Assembly: GCF_006345805.1 (NCBI RefSeq)
Contig: NC_043018.1
Location: forward strand, 27,714,001 to 27,778,000
Origin: Octopus sinensis
Lineage: Eukaryota
Direction of reading: 5' to 3'
Length of the DNA stretch: 64,000 nucleotides
Part shown: piece by piece, positions 51,948 through 64,000 of the stretch
Layout of the letters: every line of letters starts with the position of its first letter
Position numbering within the stretch: the stretch's first letter is position 1
Position numbers and translations under genes: made by a program
The notes under the pieces: model-generated
Seen by the model: only the letters and a program-made list of their open reading frames with translations
Databases searched by the model: none
What the model was told of the DNA's origin: nothing

Positions 51948-52206
51948 ATCGTAAAAAAGAAAGAGAGAGAGCATTTTGCTCTCATGTGGTTATTTCCTCC
52001 CTGACTGAGGTTCCCGTGGTCTTTTCTGTAGGCTTTTCTTCCCACGGATGAATCCAATCTTGTTTTATCAATGTTTTTATCATTGTTTCTGTGATACGCG
52101 ATTTCTTTTCTTTTTTTTTCCACCCTCGAAAAGAAAAGCTCTACATTTGTATTTGTCCCCTCTGTATTCAGCCCTGTGTGGCTAATAAAAGAAAGTTATC
52201 TATCTG

Positions 52207-52275
<69 letters not shown>

Positions 52276-52419
52276 ACTATCTATCTATCTATCTATCTGT
52301 CTATCTATCCGTTTGTCTGTCTCTCTTCCTATCTACCTACCCATCTATGTATACAACCGTTTATCTGATTTTCTAGATGACTACTTCTCTGTCTGTCCAT
52401 TCAGACATCGATCCATTCT

Positions 52420-52508
<89 letters not shown>

Positions 52509-53128
52509 TTCTCTTTCTCTCTCACCCTCTCTCTCTTTCTCTTCCTCTCTCTCACTTTCTCTTCATTTCGCACACACACACACACAAACACACACACACT
52601 CTCTCTCTTTCCCACACTCACACACATACACATACAAACATATACCTACGTATATCTGTCTGCCTGTCTGCCTGTCTCTGTTTGCACGTATCGTCGTCTG
52701 CAATCCATCTTCTCTCTAGGATTTTCCTCTTTCGCCAGTGTCTAAGTGTGTTCATGTTTATGTGTCTGTGAGTGCACCTCCGTGTGCGTGTGTGTCTGTG
52801 TCTGTGTGTGTGCGCGCACGCATGCTTGTATGTGTGTGTCTGTGTGTGTGTGTGCGTGCGAGTGTGTGTCCGTGCGTGCGTGTGTCGTCTGCTATTTGTC
52901 AATTGTCGTCTGCTATTTGTCCATTGGGCGGCCATTGTAGAGGATCACTTCAACACACTGTTTATTTTCCAACAGCTGAAAAGATACGGCGTTTCTTGTT
53001 ATGGCCGTCGTTGTTATTGTTGCTGTTGTTGCCGTACTTAGTCTTGTTGTTGTTGTTGTTGTGCATATGATGTCATTGCAATTAATGTTGTTCTTTTCGT
53101 ACATGTTGTGAATATAATGAGATTGTTG

Positions 53129-53160
<32 letters not shown>

Positions 53161-53300
53161 GGTGTATCGTTTTGCTTTTTAATTTGAACTCAGAACGTAA
53201 CGGCAGACGAAATACCGCCAAGCATTTTTCCGGGCGTGCTAACGATTCAGTCAGTTTACCGCCTAATTATTATTATTATTATTATTATTACTATTATTAT

Positions 53301-53332
<32 letters not shown>

Positions 53333-53333
53333 C

Positions 53334-53377
<44 letters not shown>

Positions 53378-53378
53378 C

Positions 53379-55175
<1,797 letters not shown>

Positions 55176-55481
55176 TCCTTTCTACTAGAGGCACAAGGCC
55201 AGCAGTTTCAGGAGAGTAGTAAGTCGATTCATGGACCCCAGTACTCAACTGGAACTTATTTTAACAACTCTCGGTAAAATTTTGAACTCCGAACATAGAG
55301 CCGGAAAAAAAAACTCACCAGTCTATCGTCCGACTTGCTAACCATAATGATAATAACAATGAATATATAAATAATAATTACAAGCAGCAGACATCATGTA
55401 AATAACGAAATAATCATTAAAATATTAAATAAACATTTTAGAAACCATTATCAAGATGTGTCACATGGTTGGGTATTAATA

Positions 55482-55680
55482 TGTCACGTGACAGCGGTCA
55501 GTGGCGACGGTTGGTCAAGAAATCTGACCCTATTTGATCACTGGCCAAATTAGGGAGATGTTCTTTGTTAGCAATAATCCCGATTAGAAATTATGCAGGA
55601 TCAGCTAATCTTCTCCCTATTGGTGCTGCCATCTGGTTGAGAGAAGCGGACGCGTGTCTGGCATTAGAGGGAGCAGCTGT
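55482..55680. promoter_or_regulatory. Putative cis-regulatory island (palindromic E-box, paired TAAT sites, CTCF-like motif)
   Basis: TGTCACGTGACA 55482, TAATCCCGATTA 55575, GCTGCCATCTGGTTG 55625. Confidence 0.35.
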
Positions 55681-55848
55681 CTTTTAGAAGGAACAGAAGG
55701 AAATTCCACTGGGTATATTCCACTGATGGAGGTGGCAGTGGCGGTGGCGTTGTCGGATGTATTACATGCTTATTAGACAGGGGGTGAATGTGTGTATGTA
55801 TGTATGTATGTATGTATGTATGTATGTATGTATGTGCGTGTGTATGCA

Positions 55849-55879
<31 letters not shown>

Positions 55880-55967
55880 TATCTATCTATCTATATATAT
55901 GTGTCTAGGAGGGTAACTTTCTAGGTGCAATCCCATGGTCATTCATGACCGAAGGGGGTCTTTACCC

Positions 55968-56004
<37 letters not shown>

Positions 56005-56009
<5 letters not shown>

Positions 56010-56480
56010 GGCTGTTACATAGACTCATATATATGAGTCTATATAACAGCCTACTAAGAACTCTACTGTATATATATAAACTGTGGGTATTGGGGTATGA
56101 CTACCTTCTACGTATATTTCCTATTTAGTACTGGGTATGTTACATTTATGAGGACGTACTCATGTGTTTGTCTGAGTGTTGCGTCCTTCGGATACTTGGA
56201 TAAAATGCGAATGCCAAGATGATGCAGCGTGCTTCTCTGTTGGTCTTTGGCATGTTGGCAGAGTATGGAGGACTGTTTTTTGTCGTCATATTGTTTCAAA
56301 TGTTTATTTAGTCTCTCCACAATGCTTCTAGATGTCTCACCATGTTCTTGCACCTTCTATGCACCTTAAATTGTGGACTACATTTCTAATTCTACAATTA
56401 ATGCCAGGGTTAATCTTACATACCATTATTAGTGTCGTTGGAATTCTCAAACAGGTACATCTTACATAGCTGTGATCTGA
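56005..56480 (-). mobile_element. Penelope-like GIY-YIG 3' fragment ending in a 52-bp palindrome
   Basis: GETSRSIVERLNKH..ILCQH..LRQTHEYVLI..PVLNR; palindrome at 56005-56056. Confidence 0.7.
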
Positions 56481-56544
56481 TGGTGCTCCTTGACCTATGA
56501 ACGATCTTAATGTTGAGTTTGACCCCCTTCACACACCACACACA

Positions 56545-56600
<56 letters not shown>

Positions 56601-56974
56601 GTATATATTATATATATGTATATGTATATGAATATGTATATGCATGTATATATATATAAATATGTATATGAACATACACACATACGTACACATACACACA
56701 TGCATGCATACATACATACATACATACATACATACATACGTGCGTATGTGTATACACATGCACACTGACGTACACACATGCGCACAGACAAACAAGCAAA
56801 AAGAACGCAGCTCTGATAACGGACAGAGTCAACGACTATTGAAGAGATTGCAAGACGCAACAAAAATTTTAGAAAAAATAAACAAGTAAATGAGTGGAAA
56901 TCGAACCGGTGAGTGTGTTAAATAATTTAATATGTTTTACCTATGATATCATAATATTTATCAGGACTGTGAAC

Positions 56975-57750
56975 TGACAGTATCGATAACATGCTGGGCA
57001 AAATGCATAACACTATTTCGTCTGTTTTTACGTTCTAAATTCAAATTCCGCCGAGGTCGATTTCCTTTTCATCTTTACGGGGTCGGTAAGCACCAGCTGA
57101 GTCCTGGGGCCGATGTAATCGACTTAACCCTCTTCCCCAAACTTACTGGCCTTGTGCCAAAATCGGAAACCAATATTTACCAAGACAGTGTGGTGGCAGA
57201 ATCGTTAGCGTGTCGGCAAAACGCTTAGAGGCATTTCTTTCGATTCGTCACGTTCGGCGTTCAAATCCCAGCGAGGTCAAGTTTGGCTTTCATCCTTTCG
57301 GAGTCGATAAAATAAAATAAAGAATTAGTCAAGTGCTGGGATCGATCTAATCGATTTACCTCACTACACCTCAAAATTGCTGGCCCTTTTCCAAAGTTAG
57401 AAAGGATATTACACTTGCGACCCTCCGCTCCAGCCACAATAATTCTTCGCAGGGTGCTCTTAATTGATTTTATCGTAACATTGAATATTGTTTCGAAATT
57501 TGGCACAAAGCCAGCAACCTTAAGAGGATAAAGAACAGTCGATTACATCGACTCCAGTACCTAACTGCTACTTAATTTCATCGGATCTGTAAGGACGAAA
57601 GGCAAAATTGTCCTCGGCGGTATTTGAACTCTGAACGAAAAGAGCACTGAGCATTTTGTCCGATGCGCTAACGATTCTGCCAGCTCGCTTCTAATGTTGG
57701 CACAAATAGGGTTTTAGTTGATTACATTTGACCGCAGTACTTGACTGCAA
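56975..57750. mobile_element. Cluster of decayed SINE family B copies in both orientations
   Basis: Family B core at about 57030 and 57255 (plus) and 57600 (minus). Confidence 0.75.
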
Positions 57751-58197
57751 CTGTAGCGAGACCTAGAATTGAAACCCCACAACAAACCCCAGACAGCATT
57801 TAAGTCAGATGACGTGTCCTGGTTATTGACCAATCAACTTGCTGGAATATCACTCCATATTAGAGAATGTTTTATAGTATTCCAAGAGTTCCACGCTTTT
57901 GTAGTTATATAAACAAAATACGCATGAACAAATCAGACAGCGATACACTTTGGAAGCGGAAGTAACAAGCCCTTACTTCGATAAGTTTTCAGAACCGAGT
58001 TAAAAAGAAGGATTCAATTAGGATTAAATAAAAATGTGTAGCTGTGATTCGAAACCGAACTGCAAAGTAAACGGTCAGACATCACACCTGAACGACAATA
58101 GTCTCGCGTGAACGGTCGATTAAGCAACCAATCAATGTCAAGCTATCGCGTGATTCGATCTTCTTGAATCATCTTCTTGTATATATAAATATATATG

Positions 58198-58241
<44 letters not shown>

Positions 58242-58289
58242 CACACAACACACACACACACACACACACTACACTAAAACAATCATACT

Positions 58290-58835
58290 CTCTTCCTTCA
58301 TGGGAACCACTCCTAGCATCTAATAATACCAGAAACCTATCTGAGCTGGAATGCTCACATCAACAATAAAACTGATACAGCTCGTAAAATAAGCTCATGA
58401 ATCCTATGAACCTTTCGGTCCAGAAAACAAAGTGTCATCATTCCTCTTTTCTCTTCCTTTATACGGCCTCACCTCGAATACTGCTGTCCGCTGTGGTCTC
58501 CCCACACAAAGCAAGAGATTTCGAAAATTAAATCACCCCAGAGGACATTGACTAAAAGAATTAAAGTAATGACTGATCTCGATTATTGGGATCGCCTTAA
58601 AACATTGAAAGTCTATTCTCTTCAGCGCTGCTGTGAGTAATGCATCATTTGCACGATGTGGAGAATATACCACCAGCATTGGCCAAACGACCTCAACATT
58701 AGTTTTAGAATTTATCGAAAGCTAGGACCACAGGCCATACGTCCCCTACCCCATTCAGGATCACAACACATAGAAACACAGCAACACAATTCCTTTTCCT
58801 CAACAGGCCCTACCTTATTTAACATTGTCCCAAAG
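58290..58835 (+). mobile_element. Decayed CR1-group ORF2 C-terminal fragment
   Basis: IRPHLEYCCPLWSP, DYWDRLKTLKVYSLQR, GPTLFNIVP. Confidence 0.85.
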
Positions 58836-58851
58836 CAAATCTATCAATCTT

Positions 58852-58923
<72 letters not shown>

Positions 58924-58937
58924 AATACACACACACG

Positions 58938-58970
<33 letters not shown>

Positions 58971-59101
58971 GTATAGGCCAAAAGAATGCGAAGTAAATGC
59001 AAGTAAATCACAAGAAAACAAATATATGAATTAATATAGACTTACCTTGTATTCAATATTTCGGGGTTATGACTCCATTTTCAAGAAAAAAAAAGATGGG
59101 G

Positions 59102-59147
<46 letters not shown>

Positions 59148-59439
59148 CTGTATATGTATGTATGGATGTAGACACACACGCACACATATATTATAATAAC
59201 AACAATAATCCGTGGATAAAGTTTATAAACATTTAAAGCATCACTACGCACGTTTCCAAAAGTCACATGATACTTAAGATCAAAGTCCGTATTTCTGGTA
59301 TGATTACACTGTAGTCTTCAGTATCCGTGGGCATTCGGTTGATCATCAACATTGATTCATTGGTTCAGGCGATATGAACATCCATCTCTGGTCCATAATC
59401 TAATGTTACATCGCCCGAATAAGTGAATCAATTTTTTTT

Positions 59440-59645
59440 TTTCTAGTTTCAGCTCCGAACTGGGGCCATGCGCCGTTTTGCGCTACACTGTAATTACTAG
59501 GAGCCTCCTCTAATATATGTGGCACTTGATGAAGAATGGAGTTTGATATAGCTACCCCCATTTGCACCTCTTGCCGTGAGGAAGGCTCATCTGGGACTCT
59601 CGACAGGAAGAGGTCCAGCTTTGATTTTAAAACCCATACGTCTAC
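59440..59645 (-). mobile_element. CR1-group LINE 3' fragment
   Basis: LKSKLDLFLSRVPDEPSSR; terminal GCTGAAACTAG followed by an A-run. Confidence 0.8.
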
Positions 59646-60311
59646 TTAGACGTAAACAAACCTACAATTGTGATGAATAACAGGAACCATACGATTTTGA
59701 AGCAAACTTCTAACCACACAGCCGCGCTGTGCATATAGTTAATTAAATTTTGCAACGTATTGCACTAAATAGCTATTTTATGTTGTATATGCCCTATTGA
59801 AAATGGTGCGTATCTGACAAACATTCATGACTTACGAAATTTTAGTGTAGCAGGGGAAATAACTCTATAATATTTATAGATAGAGTTATCTCCCCGAAAA
59901 TTATATTTATATCATGCTTTTTAAATATCCGATTGGAAAAGTAGAAAGGAAGACGCGTTTTAGTCGTCGAAGTATGGCCATGCTGGGGCACCGGGATTAC
60001 GTGCTATTGTAGGAAAAGTTGACCCCCCCACCACTCCAGTGCTTATGCTTTTATATTTTTTGTTTTTAAAAAATTGGTACCTATTGAATCGCTGCACTGA
60101 GCCGCTCAGGTATGTTACGAAGACGTAAACAAACCAGCACCGGTTCACCTGTGTGTGCATGTGTTAGTATGTGTGTTCGTGAGTGTGTGCGTGCGTATGT
60201 GTGTGCGGGGGTTGCCCATGCGTGCATGCATGCGCTTGTGAATGCGTGATTTTGTGTGTGTATACATGCGTGCGTGTGTGTGCGTGTGTATATATGCATG
60301 CGTGCGCGCAT

Positions 60312-60980
60312 TTATTTCTTTACTACTCACAAGGGGCTAAACACAGAGTGGAAAAACAAAGACAGACAAAGGGATTAAGTCGATTACATCGACCCCAGTG
60401 CGTAACTGGTACTTAATTTATCGACCCCGAAAAGATGATAGGCAAAGTGGACCTCGGCGGAATTTGAACTCCGAACGTAACGGCAGACGAAATACGGCTA
60501 CGCATTTCGCCCGGCGAGCTAACGATTCTGCCATCTCACCGCCTTATGTGTGTGTGATATTTACCTATTTCTTTATTACCCACAAGGGGCTAAACACAGA
60601 GAGGACAAACAAGGACAGACAAACGTATTAAGTCGGTTATATCGACCCCAGTGCATAACTGTTACTTAATTTATCGACCCTGAAAGGATGAAAGGCAAAG
60701 TCAACCTCGGCGGAATTTGAACTCAGAACGTAACGGCAGACGAAATACCTATTTCTTTACTACCCACAAGGCGCTAAACACAGAGGTCAAACAAGGACAG
60801 ACAAACGTATTAAGTCGGTTATATCGACCCCAGTGCGTAACTGGTACTTAATTTATCGACCCCGAAAGGATAAAAAGCAAAGTCGACCTCGGCGGAATTT
60901 GAACTCAGAACGTAATGGCATACGAAATACGGCTACGCATTTCGTCGCCGTGCTAACGATTCTGCCAGCTCACCGCCTTA
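60312..60980 (-). mobile_element. Three head-to-tail SINE family B copies
   Basis: Units at about 60312-60545, 60565-60750 and 60750-60980. Confidence 0.9.
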
Positions 60981-61060
60981 TGTGTGTGTGACGTTACCAT
61001 TTACTAGCTCATACCTACAGCTACCATAGAATGAAAAATTTAAAGTGTAAACGAAATTTC

Positions 61061-61478
61061 GGATCTATTCTGTTTGAACGGCAGTTTTTTTCTAGCGGTG
61101 TCATATGAAATTGGCACCCATAATTATGACCCTAGTATCGATCTATTGTATTTCAATCTGTTTTAGGGTTAGGGTTAGGGGTGGTGGATGGGTATCTTTT
61201 TTTCTTCACAAATGTAAATAAACCCAATCTGTTTCTTAAACGAGGGACATATTCATACGGCACAGAATGTTTTCACCTCAATAGACGGTCATTGATTGGT
61301 TGAAATTGCAGAAATTGAAGAAAAAAACACAACAAATATCTTAAAAACTATAGAATTTTCTCAATAAAGCCAAAAGAAAAAGATGTTTTATAAACACATT
61401 CTACCAGTATACGAAGTTTAAAGTGTTTAGTTGCGTGGAAATTATTTAAAAAAACTGCTGCTCAAACCGAAAAGATCC
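61061..61478. mobile_element. MITE with about 30-bp TIRs and 8-bp TSD (Merlin-like)
   Basis: GGATCTATTCTGTTTGAACGGCAGTTTTTTT / AAAAAAACTGCTGCTCAAACCGAAAAGATCC; GAAATTTC on both flanks. Confidence 0.8.
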
Positions 61479-61889
61479 GAAATTTCTTATTTCTTTTATT
61501 CCTAAAAAAAAATCCGTTTTGGTTTTTTTTCTCGTAAATCTTTCTTTGAGCTAAATTTAATATTATAATGCGTTAATTTCAACAGTCACACATGGGGGAA
61601 ATCGATGTAATTTTCTTGATAGCTACGTATTGTATTGATCTTATAGATTTAAGCAACTAGGATCTGAGGACGTTGATAAGAAGAGCGGTATATAAAACTA
61701 GTTAAATGCCAGGAACTATTATTTCTTCTTTAATTTTGTTTATTGAATCGATGCTTTTTAAAATATAAACTACACTATACATTTATCTCCCTTGAAACCA
61801 ATTATATAGTTATTTCCCTTGAACTTAAGTTCAAAGGGAAATAATTTACTTTTTGTGTGTGTATTTTAGCTGTTTCAATATCTGGACAG

Positions 61890-62105
61890 AAATGCTAGCA
61901 CGCCGGGCGAAATGCGTAGACCTATTTCGTCTGCCGTTACGTTCTGAGTTCAAATTCCGCCGAAGTCGACTTTGCCTTTCATCCTTTCGGGGTCGATAAA
62001 TTAAGTACCAGTTACGCACTGGGGTCGATATAATTGACTTAATCCGTTTGTCTGTCCTTGTTTGTTCCATCTCTGTTCAGCCCCTTGTGGGTAATAAAGA
62101 AATAA
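61890..62105 (+). mobile_element. SINE family B
   Basis: Family B core and tail. Confidence 0.88.
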
Positions 62106-62656
62106 ATAGTTTGTAGAAGACGCTTGCCCTAGGCGCCATCCAGTGGGACCGAGACCAGAAACGTGGCTGGGAAGTAAATCTCTAACCACACATCCACAGC
62201 TCTGCCTGGATATAACTTTTATCATGTATTGCCAGATTACTTTAAATATTACATAGTTTAATGCATCAAAGACACCTGTTATCCTGATTAACTGCTGCGA
62301 AAATCAGAGGGGGTCATAAAGCAGTGTTTAATCCATGGAATTTTTTTGTTTTGCAAGGGAGAGAAATCTAATATTATTAGCGAGAGTTACCTCCCTAAAA
62401 TTGTATTTTTATTGTATTAATTATTAGAAGTAAGGAATTACAACCGTGTTTCGTGGTCTGCTCCCACAACAGCTCCTTTATAGGATCCAGTTAGCTCAAG
62501 TCATCATCAGGAGGAACCACGTCCGATTTCGGCCCCTACTCCTCTACCGTTTTGACGTGGCGGGGGCCTCTCCTTTCGGAGGTGTCTTCAGCTCTGGTGT
62601 TGGGTGCATGTCTTCTTTCTTCTTCTTTCTTCTGTTCCCCGGCCTCTTCGAAGTGC

Positions 62657-62710
<54 letters not shown>

Positions 62711-63044
62711 TGTGTGTGTGGGGGGGGTGTGTATGTGCGTGGGCGTGTGTTTGGTTGTGTGTGGGTGTGGTGTGGTGTGGTGTGGGTGGTGGGTGTGTTG
62801 TGTGCGTGTGTGCGTGTGTTGGTTGTTGTGTGTGTGTTTGTGTGGTGTGTTGTATGTGTGTGCGTGTGCGTGTGTTTGTTTGTGTGTGGGGGGGTGGATG
62901 TGTGTCCGTGTTTTTCCCCTCAGCATCGCTTTTTCTTGCGTCTGAAGAAAGTCATATTGTCTTGATGCCTTATTATCGAACACACTCACTGGTTCGATTT
63001 CCACTCGCTTTTCATTATCTATCTTTCTTTCTTTCTTTCTTTTT

Positions 63045-63449
63045 CTTTTTGTTTTTACGTGTTTCAGTCATTTGACTGCGGCCATGCTGGAGCACCGCCT
63101 TTAATCGAGCAACTCGACGCCGGAACTTATTCTTTGTAAGCCCAGTACTTATTCTATCGGTCTCTTTTGCCGAACCGCTAAGTGACGGGGACGTAAGCAT
63201 ACAAGCATCGGTTGTCAAGTAATGCTAGGGGCACAAACACAGACACACAAACACATACACACACATACATATATATACATATATACGAAAGGCTTCTTTC
63301 AGTTTCCGTCTACCAAATATACTCACAAGGCTTTGGTCGGCCCGGGGCTATAGCAGAAGACACTTGCCCAAGATGCCACGCAGTGGGACTGAACCCAGAA
63401 CCATGTGGTTGGTTAGCAAGCTACTTACCACACAACCACTCCTGCGCCT
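63045..63449 (-). mobile_element. SINE family A, full length
   Basis: Homologous to 39855-40253. Confidence 0.9.
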
Positions 63450-64000
63450 ATATATATATATATTTCTTCCAAACTTTCTGTTGCTTTAGCAACCTTGTCA
63501 ATGAATGTTGAGTGTTTTTTTTGAAAAAAAAAACTTATTTGAAAAGTGAAAAAGAATACTCGTCTCCGCTCGTCGGTTCATTGAGCTGAACTGCTATGTT
63601 ACGAGGACGCAAACAAAACAACATCGGTTTTGAACTGGAAGTTGGCAATCGCGATACAGAGATATTGTTTTTGAGCTGAGTATGTGGGGGGTGTGCTAGA
63701 TTCCTTTGTTCGAAAATATAAGGACACAGATCGTGTCGTATAGCCAGCTGGAGACGATGTCTCCTGGAACTAAATTACAGCAACATTCGTCCTAAACCAG
63801 GACTGCCATGTTATGTTAGCAAACAACCTTTAATCCAAAGTACTTTAGTTTCCTTTCTTCTAATAGTCTAGAATTATGATCTTGTATTCGCTAGTTGTAG
63901 CACTTTTTCATTAATCATATGTTTTGTCCAAGATACGCTAAGCATTCTTCTGTATGTCCACATTTCAAAACCTTTTAGTTTGTCGACAAATAGTTTTCGT

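Larger units (their letters stand above)
45893..52195 (+). mobile_element. Near full-length Tx1 (L1-group) LINE inserted in (TATC)n
   Basis: 5' UTR, ORF1, T-rich spacer, ORF2 and T-rich 3' UTR; (TATC)n on both flanks. Confidence 0.93.

Noticed and set aside
59240-59328. Minus-strand CTGAAGA...GAAACGTGCGTA hammerhead-like motif
   Set aside because: Stems I and II do not pair; at best a heavily decayed copy
61160-61185. Telomere or chromosome-end remnant
   Set aside because: Only three units, and internal to a MITE
62434-62516. Minus-strand CTGATGA...GAAACACGGTTGTA motif
   Set aside because: Stem III forms but stems I and II do not

Overview
Gene-poor, AT- and microsatellite-rich eukaryotic DNA. 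The SINE, LINE and microsatellite content fits a cephalopod, most likely an octopus (inferred from repeat style, not from a database search). No intact host gene is evident, and almost all listed ORFs are translations of simple repeats. Real coding content is transposon-derived: a CR1-group LINE with a CCCH-finger ORF1 and a deleted RT core (1-3783), a near full-length Tx1-clade LINE (45893-52195) with a truncated sister copy, R4/Dong and RTE fragments, Penelope GIY-YIG fragments, four mariner elements (two nested), a Merlin-like MITE and many SINEs. Main observations: (1) type I hammerhead ribozyme motifs in Penelope-type repeats, the best with a perfect core, a long G-U-rich stem II and a copy on each strand of a 684-bp palindrome; (2) a Tx1 family found only inside (TATC)n, one part of an apparent partitioning of microsatellite types among retroelement families; (3) two SINE families whose 3' tails match the 3' ends of the CR1 and Tx1 LINEs, with a conserved stem-loop in each case. 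All folds and alignments were done by eye, and element boundaries are approximate unless TIRs or TSDs are quoted.
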